In this document: positions 1 through 13,734 of the stretch, piece after piece | Position numbering within the stretch: the first letter of the stretch is position 1 | Layout of the letters: every line of letters starts with the position of its first letter | Assembly: GCA_030770535.1 (NCBI GenBank) | Contig: JASVEC010000122.1 | Location: forward strand, 1 to 46,649 | Direction of reading: 5' to 3' | Source of the DNA: Batkoa obscura | Lineage: Eukaryota | Length of the DNA: 46,649 bases | Position numbers and translations under genes: made by a program | Notes under the pieces: model-generated | Told to the model about the DNA's origin: nothing | Database searches by the model: none | Seen by the model: only the letters and a program-made list of their open reading frames with translations

Positions 1-1551
1 ATGTTAGCTAGATAGATATCCAAATTATAAACTTTACAAAAGGGCTTAGCTTCATACTTGGATGAATAAGATGAGTCAACTCACAAGGTGTAGTATCCTT
101 ATTTGGATTAAATGGACTAAATGGTCTACATAATTTGGCAAGTTCAATATGTTTAATAATAACGTTTGAAGCAATTTCAATTCTTTTTTGAGTACCACTT
201 GTAATCAATTGGTACTTCTTACTATTTAATTTATATTTGCCATCTTCATCTTTAAGTATTATTCTGATGCTATCGATCACCTGGTTGCTTTCAACCCTAT
301 TTAACTCAAAGTTTATTCCAATACCCATCTCCTTAATCTTTTTACAATTCATAAGTTGATCGCCTAAAATGGGTAGGCAAAGAATAGACGTTGCTGTCAT
401 AGTAGCTTCAGTAATGGATTCTAATCCACCATGAGATAAAAATAGTTTTGTGTTCTTATGGTTTAAAATGGAATATTGTGGTGCCCATTTTAACAGCTGG
501 ATATTAGGATATTCATTGTTGATCATCTTTTTATATAATAAACCGTATCCCCTACTTTAATCTCTTCAGGCAGCCCTTCCATCCCAGTGATTCCTAGACC
601 CCATACGACTCCATCAATCACTTTAGTTTCAATTGAATATAAGATTGAATACATTAGTTTATACATTATATTGGAGTCTAAAGCAACCGAAGAACCAAAA
701 GCAACGTATAAGATGTTATTACTATTATTTAAAAGATTGACGACACCTGGATATTCTTTTTCATTTATCTCAGTATGTTCCGATACCTTAGATAATGGTC
801 CAATAGTATGAAAATTGGGTGGAGCTTTAGCTGGTATTTCAAATCCAAAATATGAGTTAGCGATAGCTATAGCATATTTTAGGTCACCAAAAAAAGCCTT
901 TGACTTGATTTCATGTTTCAATCGACTTTGAGTAATCTGGTATTCTACTGATTTTCTGATCCACATTGTCTTTAGCCTTAGCATAAATTTATAATAATAT
1001 CTTTGGAAAAAGTTTAGACCATCTAAAGTCAATGGGCCCATCCCATTAATAGTTGTTTTGTACCCTTCACCTAATTCAGGCACTATATCCAAAGTTTGAA
1101 AACCCACTACCAATGGTACACCATGCATATAAGCTACATCTTGGCATGCACTGGATAGGAAATCACAAATAAATAAATCAAATTTTGATTCTTTGTTTAA
1201 ATTGGATAAATTGATATAATTTTCAGAATGTAACCTAGATAGTATAAATGGTGCTGATTTGAGTAAATTTTTATTGATGTTTTTTGTACTTGAATCGATA
1301 GTCGAGGTTGAATCAGAGTGATAGTTTATATCGGGCAGGGCAAGCTGAGTCACATTATATCCTTGACTAAATGCCAACTTATCTCGTTGAGTTGCATAAA
1401 CTACTTGATGGCCTAAACTACTCAGATAATCACTTATCTCTAATATGGCCTTGATATGTGATTTGGTACCGAAATCGTTATGGATTAGTATTTTGTAGCT
1501 GAAACTAAAGCTTATACAAAGCAATAATAGAATTGAAGGTAGTACCATCAT
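1..1551 (-). CDS. UDP-glucuronosyl/UDP-glucosyltransferase (GT1), split by two -1 frameshifts; runs off the window end
   Basis: Signal peptide, SH catalytic region (GTKSHIK), DLFICDF, YVAFGS, and the PSPG motif WAPQYSILNH...FLSHGGLES...PILGDQ. ORFs 523-1551 and 8-526 join if one A is added to the A5 run at 528-532. The C-terminal 'YNLDIY' motif is restored by one more A near 33-35. Confidence 0.85.
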
Positions 1552-3339
1552 TCTAGGTTTAATTTAGTAGAAGTGATCTTTTTTAAAAAAAAATTAGTAT
1601 TCGATAGGGTTTTATAGTTTTAAAAACAGAGCTATTTACTTTTTGTGACTTCATTGTATTTATAATTATCATAGTTTAGTTCACGACTTTTATATGCGCT
1701 ATGATTTAGTTTCTATACCTATTTTTGTACATTTACTATATTCAGGATTTTTTTTAATAATTGATTATTTTGTAGTTTTTATTCAAATTAGTTTTTACAT
1801 TAATAAAACAACGATAAAGATAAGGTAATATAATAACATTGTATTTGGTTGTATCTTACTTGTTTCAGTTAAAGTTACAAATTACATATTTTATATTAGT
1901 TTTATGTTTGATGTTTAAATTTGCTATTTTAGCATTTATTATTATTTCTTTATCTAGTTTGAAAATTGCCTTTTATAAAAGTGTTAATTAATTTTTAATA
2001 TATTAAATCAGGAACAACACTTATTGTGTAAGGCTTCAAAAGACAATATAAGGCATAAGTTCTTTACTCATCCCCTTAATAAGCCACTCTAGCTGTTCTA
2101 GTCATGCGTCTTAATTTTAGGACTGGACAAAAACAACTTTAATATTTTTAAAACTGCTTCGACTTTCACTCTCAATTTATGTTATTTGTGGTTAATTTCT
2201 GCTCCCTAGTTTTCTAGCATTTATATTGAATGGAAAATTTGGTAAATTTGGAAACCCTTATTTAGTAACATTAGATTAGCTTCAAATCAAGTCATTACCG
2301 AGATCTTGGTCTCCTGGCTTATTGTTACCCTTTCATAAATTGTTTAAATCCTTTGTAAATAGCAGATTTAAGGGCATTGATCTTTTCGAGTTTTAAAAAG
2401 TGTTATAGATTAACAGTATCAAAGTTTTAATGTCTTATTGTTACATACTTTATAAGCCCTTGATTTAAAAGGTATTATAATAAAAAACGTATCTACTGGT
2501 TTAAAATTATCATAAATAAAATAGAGTTATGATTTAAAATTATTAAAATAATTTATTTAAAATATATTAACTTTAAAATTTACTAAAATTTATTTTAAAA
2601 ATTAAAACTTGATATTTTGAATAAATAGAAATCACTTCCACATTACCAACTATACAAACTGAATAACTTAGCATATACTTTACATGCTAAGGCATACTAT
2701 AGATGAGCAAAGTGTATATCCTTCAGTGCTAAAACTTTTAATTAGATAACAGTAGCAATTAACTTTGCATTTAGAATATCAAAGTCTATTTAGAGCCTCC
2801 TTCCGCAAAATAGTATCCAGAATAGGCTTCGCCCTAGAATATAAGACAAAGAGCAGCTGTTAATAAAGTGATCGGTAACTTTAAATCAAATTTATAGAAT
2901 GCTTCAACTACATCTGATTGTATGTTTGGGTTTGTTTATAAAAAAGAAACCATTTTTTTATTTTTTATCATAATTTTTTTTTTTAATTAGTATACTATTT
3001 CAGGATTAAACTTGTATATTTTTAGGGTTATTTAATAGCTTACAAACTGATTTCTATATATTTAATAGATCAATTGAATGTAGTTTAAAAATAAACTCCA
3101 TTTTAGAAATTGATAATTTAGTTTATTTAGATTTAAAGCAAAAGCTTTTCAATTAAAAATTCATTACTTAATTGGTTAGGGTTAGTTTCAAAATTCACTA
3201 GTTTTAGATGTTTTTTATATGAATTTAATAAAACATAATTGAAAGTTTTAAGCTTCAAAAAATGGTCAAATAACAAACAGAAACAAAAATTTCAAAACAA
3301 TTTTGAATTTTTTTCATTTTCAAACAAGTTTAAAAAGAA

Positions 3340-4347
3340 ATGAGTTCCAAACTTGGATTAGTAAATTATAGTGATGATAGTGATGATAACAATAATGAAG
3401 AGATAGAAATAAAAGTATTAAAGGATAGTAAGTAATCGTATATAATATATCTATTAATGAATTAAGTGTATAATATAAACTATATAACTTATTCAAGAAA
3501 ACAATGGGAAATTGGATAATAAAAAAGATACTAAAATTAATGGTAAGAATAAATATTCTATATTAGATATGAGATCAATTAATACTAATGATAAATATAA
3601 AGTTAAAAAGGATGAATTAGAAATTGAAAAGCATAATAAAAAACAGTTGAAATTTGAAGAATCAAAAGAATCAAAAGATAGTAAAAGAATCCGAAGCAAT
3701 TAACTTTCCAAGTAATAAAAGCAAAGCGAAATTAACTGCTGAAGAATTGTGGAATAAGCGTAACTTTTTATTAACTCCAAAACCATTTCCTCGTTGTGAA
3801 TTATTTGAAATACCACCTCCTAGCATCCATTCCGCTACTGAAGAAATTGTTTCCAAGTTTAATCGCTTTCATCAAAGCATGAAACAAAATCAATATTCTG
3901 TATTAGAAAGAATGACTGCTAATAATAAATTTCAGAACCCTGAACTTTATGATAAATTACTAAGTCAATGGGAACTGGATCCATTTGGCAGTAATTTTCA
4001 AGTGGATATGGTTAACCCTAAATGGTTTGTGGATTATGCAGAAAAGAAGAGAGACGATGAAAGGAGAAGGGATAAGGAAGGTAAGTTATGATTTATGGCT
4101 TATGATTTATATGATTAATGAATGGTTTCTATTTTATTTTAGAAGGTGATAGAGAAGCTAAAGAAGTTCGAAAATCAATTGAGTTTGTTAATTCTGGAAC
4201 TAAAGGGAGGGCTTTGAAAGATAATTTTTCAGGTAGAAGTAAAGATTTCCATATCATTAATTTATGTTGATGTCTCATAAATTTTAACTAGGAAATAACC
4301 CATATATTCATAATAATAAACGATCTAAATGGGATCAAAGGAATTAA
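3340..4347 (+). CDS. HCNGP/SAP30BP-like protein (spliced; apparent +1 frameshift near 3683-3686)
   Basis: N-terminal LVNYSDD; core ...NKFQNPELYDKLLSQWELDPFGSNF; RKSIEFV; C-terminal KRSKWD. Introns 3428-3497, 4081-4142 and ~4233-4291 checked in phase. Confidence 0.75.
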
Positions 4348-5159
4348 AAATTATGAGTGAATATTTATTAAACTATTTTTTTTATAAATGCATTTGTTAT
4401 TGTTATATTATTGTTATATTATTGTAATATAATAATTATAAAGGAGATTCAATTGATATGATAATAGATTAGCTTGGAACCACATACTTGTATTTTGGAA
4501 AATATTTTATTTTATACTATAAATCCTTTTTATATAAGTTTTATATATTAAAAAATAAAGCTGATTTTCACATTAAATACATTATTACATAATCATATAA
4601 AAGGTATAGATACTTTGTATTTTTATTTTTAAACAAATAATATCCAATTTATCATATAAATTAAAAATAAGAATTAAATTTACTAATTTGGCTTTGACAA
4701 AAAACTTAATTTAACTTCTATTAAGTTATTCATTATGTTTCAGACATGTTCATTCAAATTGGTTGTTGATTTTTTTTAACTTGAACTTGAGAATATATGT
4801 AATTCTTTATTTTTAAATTCAATTAAAAAAAGCTAACAAACAATGTATTGAAGCATAATGAACAACCTAACATAAAAACTGATACTCAAAAATAATTTAA
4901 CCAATTAAATCTTCCAACGGATAAACTAAAAAAATCAGTAAAAAAAGAATAACAAAAGGAGTATAATCAACCATTAAATAGGTAAGAGTCAAAAAAGACG
5001 GAGAAAAATGAGTAGCATAAATTTAATAAAAACTAAAGAACTAAAATTAATAAATTACTGTAATTTATTATATAACATCATCATAAAAATAACATTAAAA
5101 ATTTTGGTTTTATATTTCTTTATAACATATAATAATTCTTTTAATAAGATAAAAATATA

Positions 5160-7546
5160 ATGGAAGATGAGAATTTAGAATTAAGACAACGAATAAGTTT
5201 ATTAAATGCCCGAGAAAGTTTAGAGGAAGAAAGCTTATTAACACCAGTACAAGAAAAAGAAGAACCTTTTAAAGAATCAGGTGAAGATGATAGGCATCCA
5301 AATTATGATGAAGAAGAACGAACTGGATTATTAGGGGCTGATGAAGATGATGAAACTAGTTCCTTAGAAAAATTTATGATTCAAGATGATATAACTATGC
5401 CTACGTTAACCTTTCGATTTTGGATCTTAAGTCTCTTTTTTGGTAGTATTTTAGCTTTCACTAGTCAGTTTTTTTTCTTTCGAGCTACACCATTAACTGT
5501 TGGTGGATTTATTGTTCAATTATTAACTTATCCCATTGGACTATTTTTAGCTAAAATTTTACCTGAAAAAGAGATTAAAATATTTAATTGGAAATTTAGT
5601 CTCAACCCAGGTAAATTTAATGTTAAAGAACATTGTTTAATTACAGTAGCAGCTGGATCTTGTGCTTCTACAGCTTACGCTATGGATATTATTGTAGTCA
5701 AAAAATTATACTATAAACAACCGTTTACTTTATTAGCTAGTTTTTTATTATTGTTTAGTTCTCAATTTATGGGTTATGGATTTGCAGGTATTTATCGGAA
5801 GTTATTAGTGAAACCCAGATCTATGATTTGGCCAAGTACTTTAGTTTCAGTTTCTTTGTTTCGAGCGTTACATGAAGGGAAAGAAAATCTAGCTATGAGT
5901 AATCGAAAGTTAAAAAAGTTTTTTATAATAATGAGTTTATGTAGTTTCTTTTATTATTTCTTACCAGGATATCTGTTTACTTTTTTATCCTCAATATCTA
6001 TCTTATGTTTAATATTTCCAAACTCAATTATACCTCAACAGTTGGGATCAGGTATTCATGGTTTAGGTTTAATGTCCATTTCATTAGATTGGAATTCGTT
6101 TACAAGTTATATTGGATCACCCTTAGTTACTCCTTTTTGGGCACAATTAAATACCTTTATCGGTTTTGTTATTGTTTGTTGGATCTTGGTGCCATTAGGT
6201 TATTATTTCAATATATGGGATGCTCAAAATTATCCCATATTCGGTAGTGGATTATATGACATTCATGGAAATACTTATGATCGTAGTAAAATTACACCAA
6301 ATAATATGTTTAGTGAAGAAGCATATCAAAATTATTCTCCATTAAGATTGACTTTCTTTTTTTCATTTACATATGGTATTTCATTTGCAACATTAACATC
6401 CTTAATTACACATACTATTTTATATCATGGAAAAGAAATTTATTTAAAAATTAGGAGTAAAAATAAAATTGATATTAATAGTATTAATAATGAGAATGAG
6501 AATGATAACAATAATAATAGTAATGATAATGATAGTGATATTCATAATAAATTAATGAGTAATTATTCTCAAGTACCAACTTGGTGGTATTTTTTTACAT
6601 TTATAATAAGTTTCGTTATGGCCATTGTAGTATGTGAGATTTATGATTTAACATTACCATGGTGGGGATTAATCTTAGCCGTCGTTATATCATTTGTATT
6701 TACATTACCAATTGGTATTGTAACAGCAATAACAAATCAATCACCTGGTTTAAATGTGTTAACTGAATTCATTGCTGGTTATTTATTTCCTGGTTATCCA
6801 ATTGCTAATGTTACCTTTAAAGTTTATGGCTTTATTACTATGGCACAAGCACTAAATTTTTTGGCGGATTTAAAGTTAGGTCATTATTTAAAAATACCAC
6901 CCAAATCCATGTTTATTGCTCAATGTTTAGGTAAATTCAGTTGAGATTTATTAATACCATATTTATATTTAAAATTATAGGCACTTTATTAGCTATTATA
7001 ATTAATTTAGTAACTGCTGAATGGTTAATGAGTAGTATACCTAACATATGTACAAAAGAAGGATTTCCATGGACATGTCCAAGTAGTGATGTATTCTATT
7101 CTGCTTCAGTGATATGGGGATTAATTGGACCTGAAAAAATGTTTGGGTTAAAATCAATTTATAATCCACTATTATATTCTTTTATAATAGGCTTAATCTT
7201 ACCCATACCATTTTATTTAATATATTTAAAATATCCTAATTCTTGGGTCCAATATATACATATTCCTGTTATTATATCTGCCACAGCTATTTTACCTCCA
7301 GCTAGACCGGGTAATTTTTTAACTTGGATTATGGTAGGGTTTATCTTTCATATTGTTATTCAAAGGTATTACAAAAAATGGTATGATTCTTTCCACTTAA
7401 TACTATCCGCTGCATTAGATACTGGAGTGGCTTTTGCTGCTCTATTAATATTTTTTATCTTTGAATTGAATAATATTAAGTTGAACTGGTGGGGTAATAC
7501 AAGTGATTTTCATTGTCCGTTAGCAAACAAAGCGTTAAGTTCATGA
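5160..7546 (+). CDS. OPT-family oligopeptide transporter
   Basis: PTLTFRFW, NPGKFNVKEH, MIWPSTL, DLKLGHYLKIPP and SVIWGLIGP motifs with many TM segments; one intron at 6931-6980. Confidence 0.95.
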
Positions 7547-7670
7547 GTTTATAAATTATTAATAGGTGTATTATATTAATAAACAATTCATTTAATAAGT
7601 ATATAAAACAAAATAAAAAGTATAAAAATTTTATTATTATTATATATTGTTTTTTTATTATTAATAAATC

Positions 7671-10242
7671 TTAATCTTCAAATTGTACTAATTCAGCATT
7701 ATCTGGAACTAACATACCAACTTCAGGATATAATAATTTACTTACAATACCATCTTTTGGTGCTTTAATAACGTGTTCCATTTTCATAGCTTCTAATACT
7801 AATAAAGATTGACCTTCCTTAACTTGATCACCTTGTTTAATTAACAGTTGGGTAATTTTACACGGCATTGGAGCACGAATAGAAGATTGATTTAAATTAC
7901 TATTACTATTGGTAAGGTAATTAGGTGGAATTGTATTTAATTGTAATTTATTATTTTCATTGAATACCGTGATTTGATGGTAAGATTTGGTTAAATTAGG
8001 TAATAAATGAATAACTTCATTTTTATAAATTTGATTGTTAATTTCAATACGTTGAGAATCAATTTGTTTAACAGAATCAATTACTTGGATTTCATTATCA
8101 TTATTAATTGTAAATTTGTATTCTTTTGTTTTAATATCATATTCAGCTTCTACCTTAAGTATGTTTTCTTCTTTTCCTTCAATTGTAAATTCATAACTAT
8201 ATCTCTTTTTAATATTAGGTTGGAAGTTGTTCATTTGATTGAAAGGTGAATAAGGATCTAATTACAATATTTAAATGAAATTAGTTTTATATTAGTATAA
8301 TTAATAGATTAATAAATTTACCATTAGAATGAGTGTTATTATTATTGATAATTAATTGATCGTTTTGTAATAATTTAAAAGCAGCTTGAATAATCAATTC
8401 AGGTCGAACTTGAGTTTCTGAAAATAAATCTTTTTCGAATTTCTAAGATAAAAATTAATAAGTCTTATATAGTATACCATGATGTTAATTACTTACTTTA
8501 ATAAACCCTGTTTCTACTTCACCATCGATAAAAGCTTGATGTTGAATTAAATTTTTCAAAAAATCAATATTAGTATTTAACCCCACAATTTGGTATTCTT
8601 GTAAACAATTTTTTAAAATCCTTAATGCTTCGGTACGATCTCGTCCTCTAACAACTAATTTAGCAATCATGGGGTCATAATGAACGGATACTTGATCTCC
8701 TTGTAATACTCCTGTTTCTACTCGAATATCTTTACTTTCAGTTGGTGTTTTTAAATAAGTCAATGGTCCAACATCCGGTAAAAAGCCTTTATTTGGATTT
8801 TCGGCATAGATACGTGCTTCAAAGGCATGACCTGTTAATTCAATTTCTTCTTGTTTTTTAGGTAATGGGTTGCCAGCTGCCACCTAACAGATTCGATTAT
8901 AAATTTAGTTATTTGCTTAATTGATGTTTTGACTTACTTCCAATTGCCATTGTACTAAATCCACATTAGTAATCATTTCAGTAACTGGATGTTCCACTTG
9001 TAAACGAGTATTCATTTCCATAAAATAAAAATTATTGGTATCATTATCAAAGATAAATTCCACAGTACCAGCACCTACATAACCTACTGCTTTAGCCGCA
9101 GCTACTGCTTTTTCACCTAAATCTCTACGTATTTCTTCCGACAAATTAGGTGCTGGTGCTTCTTCTAATATCTTTTGATGTCTTCTTTGAACAGAACAAT
9201 CTCTTTCGAACAGATGAACAGCATTACCAAATTTATCTCCAAACACTTGTACCTCTACATGACGTGGGGTAACTAAATACTTTTCGATTAACACTTTATC
9301 ATCCCCAAATGATTTCATCCCTTCACGTTTACTACTTTCTAACATGGCAAAAAATTCATCGGAATTTTCTACAATTCTCATACCTTTACCACCTCCACCT
9401 TTAATAGCTTTAATTAAGACTGGATAACTGAAAATAAAAGTGTTAGAATTCAATCTATCAAACAAATTAAAAATAAAAATAATACCCAATCTCATTAGCT
9501 CTTTGTTTTAAATATTCTGGATCTTGATTTTCACCATGATATCCAGGAACTACTGGTACCCCTGCTTTTTCCATAATAATTTTACTTTCTGATTTACTAC
9601 CCATACTAGTAATAGCAGAAGATGGAGGACCAATAAATACTAGTTCATTTGCCAATAATTTTTCAGCAAATCCAGCGTTTTCAGATAAAAACCCATAACC
9701 AGGATGGATGGCCTAATAATGAGAGTATAACTTAGTATACATAGGAAAAGGATAAAATAAATTACCTTAGCACCACTTTTTTTAGCTACTTCAATGATCT
9801 TATCCATCTTTAAATAACTTTCAGAGCTGGGTGCCGGACCAATGAAATAAGCTTCATCAGCCTAAATAAATGGAATTAAGACAACTGTTTATTTTATTAA
9901 AGCTCTTCTTTTATAAACTTACCATCTTAGTATGTAAAGAAAACCTATCGGCTTCAGAATAAACAGCTACGGTTTTTACACCTAACTTTTTAGCTGTTTT
10001 CATGACTCGAATAGCTATTTCGCCTCTATAAGATTGGGATTAGTGTTTGTTATTAGGATGAAAAGCATCGTTGGCTTACCGATTAGCTATCAATATTTTA
10101 TCAAATAAAGGTTTGTTGACGTCTATGAAATGGAAATTTAGAATAGTTTAATAAAATTAAAGAGTCATAATTTACTAGTTGATAACCATCTTGCATTAGA
10201 TGATTTATTAACGTTTAATAATTTTAAATATTGAGCTAACAT
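7671..10242 (-). CDS. MCCA: 3-methylcrotonyl-CoA carboxylase alpha (biotin-containing) subunit, mitochondrial
   Basis: Spliced. Presequence-like MLAQYLKLL..., then [77 protein letters not shown] and the biotinyl motif EAMKMEH. Confidence 0.9.
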
Positions 10243-10762
10243 TCTTTCAAATTATAAAAAAGCAATAAGAAATTCAATTATGTTTTAAATTTTAATTATA
10301 TTTTTATTTGTTTTTAAACTACTAATTTTATTGATTTAGTGTCATCTTGGTTTTATTGGTCAAGTTTCTTTTTTCGAAGAATTTAAAAGGTTGATTTAGT
10401 CAATAGTAATAAATGCTACCCTTTTTCTATGGTTATCGTGAGAATAAACCTAATTGATATGGTTGAGTTGTTTTATTCGAGTTTTAATTTTGATTTTGAT
10501 TTGATTATTGTTATTAACTAATTGATAGTTTAGTCCCTTTCTATCAAATGACAAACTCAAAAATTATATTGTTTGATCTTGTATCTTAATTCAAATTTTT
10601 AATAAATAAACAATCATATTTATTAACTGTATTATTGTATTTTTATTTAAGTTATCTTATTTTGTAATCGAATTTCGTCTAGCTTTTAATGAGAAATCAT
10701 TGAATTAACCTCTTCCTACATAACAAATACTAACTTATTACTTTTTCAAAAAACTATTATAT

Positions 10763-10859
10763 GGGGATGTTTTTTTGATTTCATTACTTTTCCATTTTTT
10801 AAGCGCTATTTGAGTGGAAAAATTCTTAGCAAAATTCTTAAACGAAAAAATACATCCCC
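10763..10859 (-). mobile_element. MITE copy 1 (97 bp), TSD ATAT
   Basis: GGGGATGT...ACATCCCC ends flanked by ATAT on both sides; internal sequence matches the other copies in reverse complement. Confidence 0.9.
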
Positions 10860-11218
10860 ATATTATTTTATTGTTTATTTGGTTGTCTTTTAGTAAATGC
10901 TTATTAGCGACTATTTATTTTTTTAAATGCTGTTTTTTATGTTTTTGCAAAAGTTACTAAATTTGACAAGGAAGTTTAAAACTAAAAGCCAAATGTGGTG
11001 TATTTTAAAAAGCTTATTTTAAAGATACTTATGTGCTAAACAAAATTACTTTAATCTAGATGAGACTATACAGCTATTAACTGAGAGAGTCATAGAGAAC
11101 AGTAAAACAAATATATACACTGATTTAAAAACCTATTATTTAATAAAGGCTTTGATTTTAATTTTAAAAAATTTTATTAAAGACAAAGTAATTTTTAAAT
11201 ATACTAGTAGTTTTACTT

Positions 11219-11291
11219 AGCCTAATATGGGGCTCGAACCCATGACCCTGAGATTAAAAGTCTCATGCTCTACCGACTGAGCTAATCAGGC
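11219..11291 (-). tRNA. tRNA-Lys(UUU), intronless
   Basis: Minus strand GCCTGATTAGCTCAGTCGGTAGAGCATGAGACTTTTAATCTCAGGGTCATGGGTTCGAGCCCCATATTAGGCT folds as a cloverleaf with anticodon TTT; A-box and B-box (GGTTCGAGCC) intact. Confidence 0.95.
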
Positions 11292-11365
11292 AACTTATTT
11301 TGAATAGGAAGATATTAAATATTTTAGCATAATACTTTCAAATATAACTTTTAGATACAATATGC

Positions 11366-12063
11366 AAGGGTGTCTGAGTTGGCTTCATTTTTATTAAAAT
11401 AAATTTTTTTGCAAAAATGTGCTTTTTACCAAAAAGCAGGTATTTGGCAGTTTTAAATTATTTATTATAATACATGTTATAAATTAGCAGGATTTTCATT
11501 AAATTTAATAAAAATTACCAGATTAATAAAGGTTTTATTAATGTAACTTATATAACAATACCAGTTAAAGCTGTAACACGTAAATAAATACATATTTCTA
11601 TAAAGCTTTATTAAGGAATATTTGTTATTGGCTGCTTTATAGCTAATATGATAGATTTTCTATCAAATAAATAAACAAACAACTTTAATATTATAATTGT
11701 ATCAATATATTATTAAATTAATAACTTGAATAGTATTAATATTTAATAAACAATTTCCATTATTTGGTAAATTATTTCATTATTTGGGAGTGTTTTTTTT
11801 GGCTTCATTACTTTTTACATCTTTTAACCACTATTTGAGCAGAAGTTTATTAGCAAAATTCTTAAACACAAAAATACATCCCCATTTAATAAATATTCAA
11901 ACTTTTAAATTTTTATAAAATAAACTAGTTTATTTTTTTACTTTTTATGGACTTTGTAATTTTTTTGACCTATCAGATACTAGATAATAATGTGCTTTAT
12001 TGTTATGTTCAATATATATATATTTCTTTTATTTTTTCATTTTTTTTCTATCTTTAATTATAT
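11366..12063 (-). mobile_element. Decayed, truncated second copy of the Sola2-like transposon (TIR, subterminal region and 3' end of transposase)
   Basis: AAGGGTGTCTGAGTTGGCTTCA matches the TIR at 12153 in 16/22 positions. 11590-11725 aligns with 12337-12468, and 11960-12014 (ttgacctatcagatactagataataatgtgctttattgttatgt) aligns with transposase CDS at ~12777-12831. Confidence 0.75.
11786..11883 (-). mobile_element. MITE copy 2 (98 bp), TSD ATTT, nested in the decayed transposon
   Basis: GGGAGTGT...ACATCCCC flanked by ATTT/ATTT. Confidence 0.9.
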
Positions 12064-12148
12064 TTGTTTAAGAACTTTACTAACAGTCTTTCCGCTCAAA
12101 TAGCACTTAAAAAATGGAGGAAGTGATGAAACCAAAAAAAACATCACC
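12064..12148 (+). mobile_element. MITE copy 3, 5'-truncated, abutting the transposon left TIR
   Basis: ttgtttaagaactttactaac...tgaaaccaaaaaaaacatcacc, followed by ATAT and then the transposon's GGGG. Confidence 0.85.
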
Positions 12149-13636
12149 ATATGGGGTTGTCTGAATTAGTTTCATTATTTTATCCAATTTTTGAAAAATT
12201 TTGTATTTTAAAAACTTCGCTTAAAATTCTATAAAATCACATCTTTTATTAAAACAAAAGTACCCAAACACAGTTCTAAATCATTCTATTATAGCTCATA
12301 CTGTAAGTTACTTGAATTTCTACTAGATCTTAAATACATGTTCTTATAAAGCTTAATTGAGAAATATTTATTATCAACCGCTTTATAACCAACATTGTAG
12401 ATTTATTATCAAATAAATAAACTATTTTAATGTTGTAGTTACATTATTAATATATTGCCAAGTTAATAAATAGCTGCATGGGAGGGAGTGGTTAGCCCCA
12501 AAACTATAATTAACCATCCCTATATAGTACAAGTAATAATAGTTTTTACATATTATTACAGTTACTTGTTCTTTGACTATTTATTAACTTAGCTATTAAT
12601 AACTTAAGTAATCTTAACATTTAACAATCTATTTCTATCATTCAACAAACTACTTACTTGCTTAGTAAATATCGAAATTTTTAAATTCTCTGTTATCTTC
12701 GCAAGGTAAGCTGGGATCGATCTTTTAATTTTTCTGTTTTCTATAGACTCTATAACTTTAATTGGGACTATATCGCTTTTTTTTGATGTATCAGATACTG
12801 GATAACAATGTAGTTTATTGTTATGTTTAATAAAATGTAAATACTTCTTAATGCCCTGCATCTCTATTATTCTTTTTGTATTTTTGTTTCTTTTATACTT
12901 TTTAAAAATTATATCTGTTTTCCCATTATTAACAGTCCAGTTATTGATTTTATTATGCTCGCAAATAAAAGCCTCAAGTCTTGAAATTAATTGATCGATA
13001 TCTTCTATTTTACCTAACGCTTCAAAACTACTTTTCCATTTTGAAAGGTTTCCAAAATGTCCATCAACTATACTTTTTCCATGATGCTCAGCAAAAAAAT
13101 TAAGATTGACACTCAAACTACTATTTATTTTATGAATTTCTTTAAACATATAGTGTAGAAACTCCTGGGATCTAAAATGATTTCCTGTATCTGCCCATAT
13201 ATTAATTTTTGTAAACTTTTTAAATAGAAGCTCTGTAGAGATCAAATCGATTAAACAATCTCCTGCATATGCTGAATCATGATTCAATATTTCAGATAAA
13301 TAATCAAAGTAAACTTTGCCTATTGTTTTATCATCTTTTAAATAATACACCAAAACCTAATACTGATATAGCTTGTTTATTATAATGATCTAGATTTATT
13401 GAATCTGGTCTTGTCCCTATTTCCATATTTTGTTTAAAATCTAAAACTATTATACAACTTTTGTTATTTAATTTTTTGATAGTTTCATTAAATGTGTTTT
13501 TTTGAGTATCAACACAGAATTTATGTAATTTGTATAGTTTTTCTTCGTTGAAAATTTCTTGTATCTCTGCTTTGTTTTTTGCTGTATTTATTTTATTTTC
13601 AAATAACTTTTTTCTAACTGTATACTGGGTACATAT

Positions 13637-13734
13637 GGGGATGTATTTTTATGTTTAAGGATTTTACTAACAAATTTTCCGCTTAAATAGCGCTTAAAAA
13701 TGGAAAAAATTGTGAAGTTAAAAAAAACATTCCC
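13637..13734 (+). mobile_element. MITE copy 4 (98 bp), TSD ATAT, inside the transposase
   Basis: GGGGATGT...ACATTCCC; excision restores DLCNICTQ. Confidence 0.95.

Noticed and set aside
2030..2930. GC-elevated patches, possibly retroelement or gene remnants
   Set aside because: The frames I translated have many stops and no recognisable motif.
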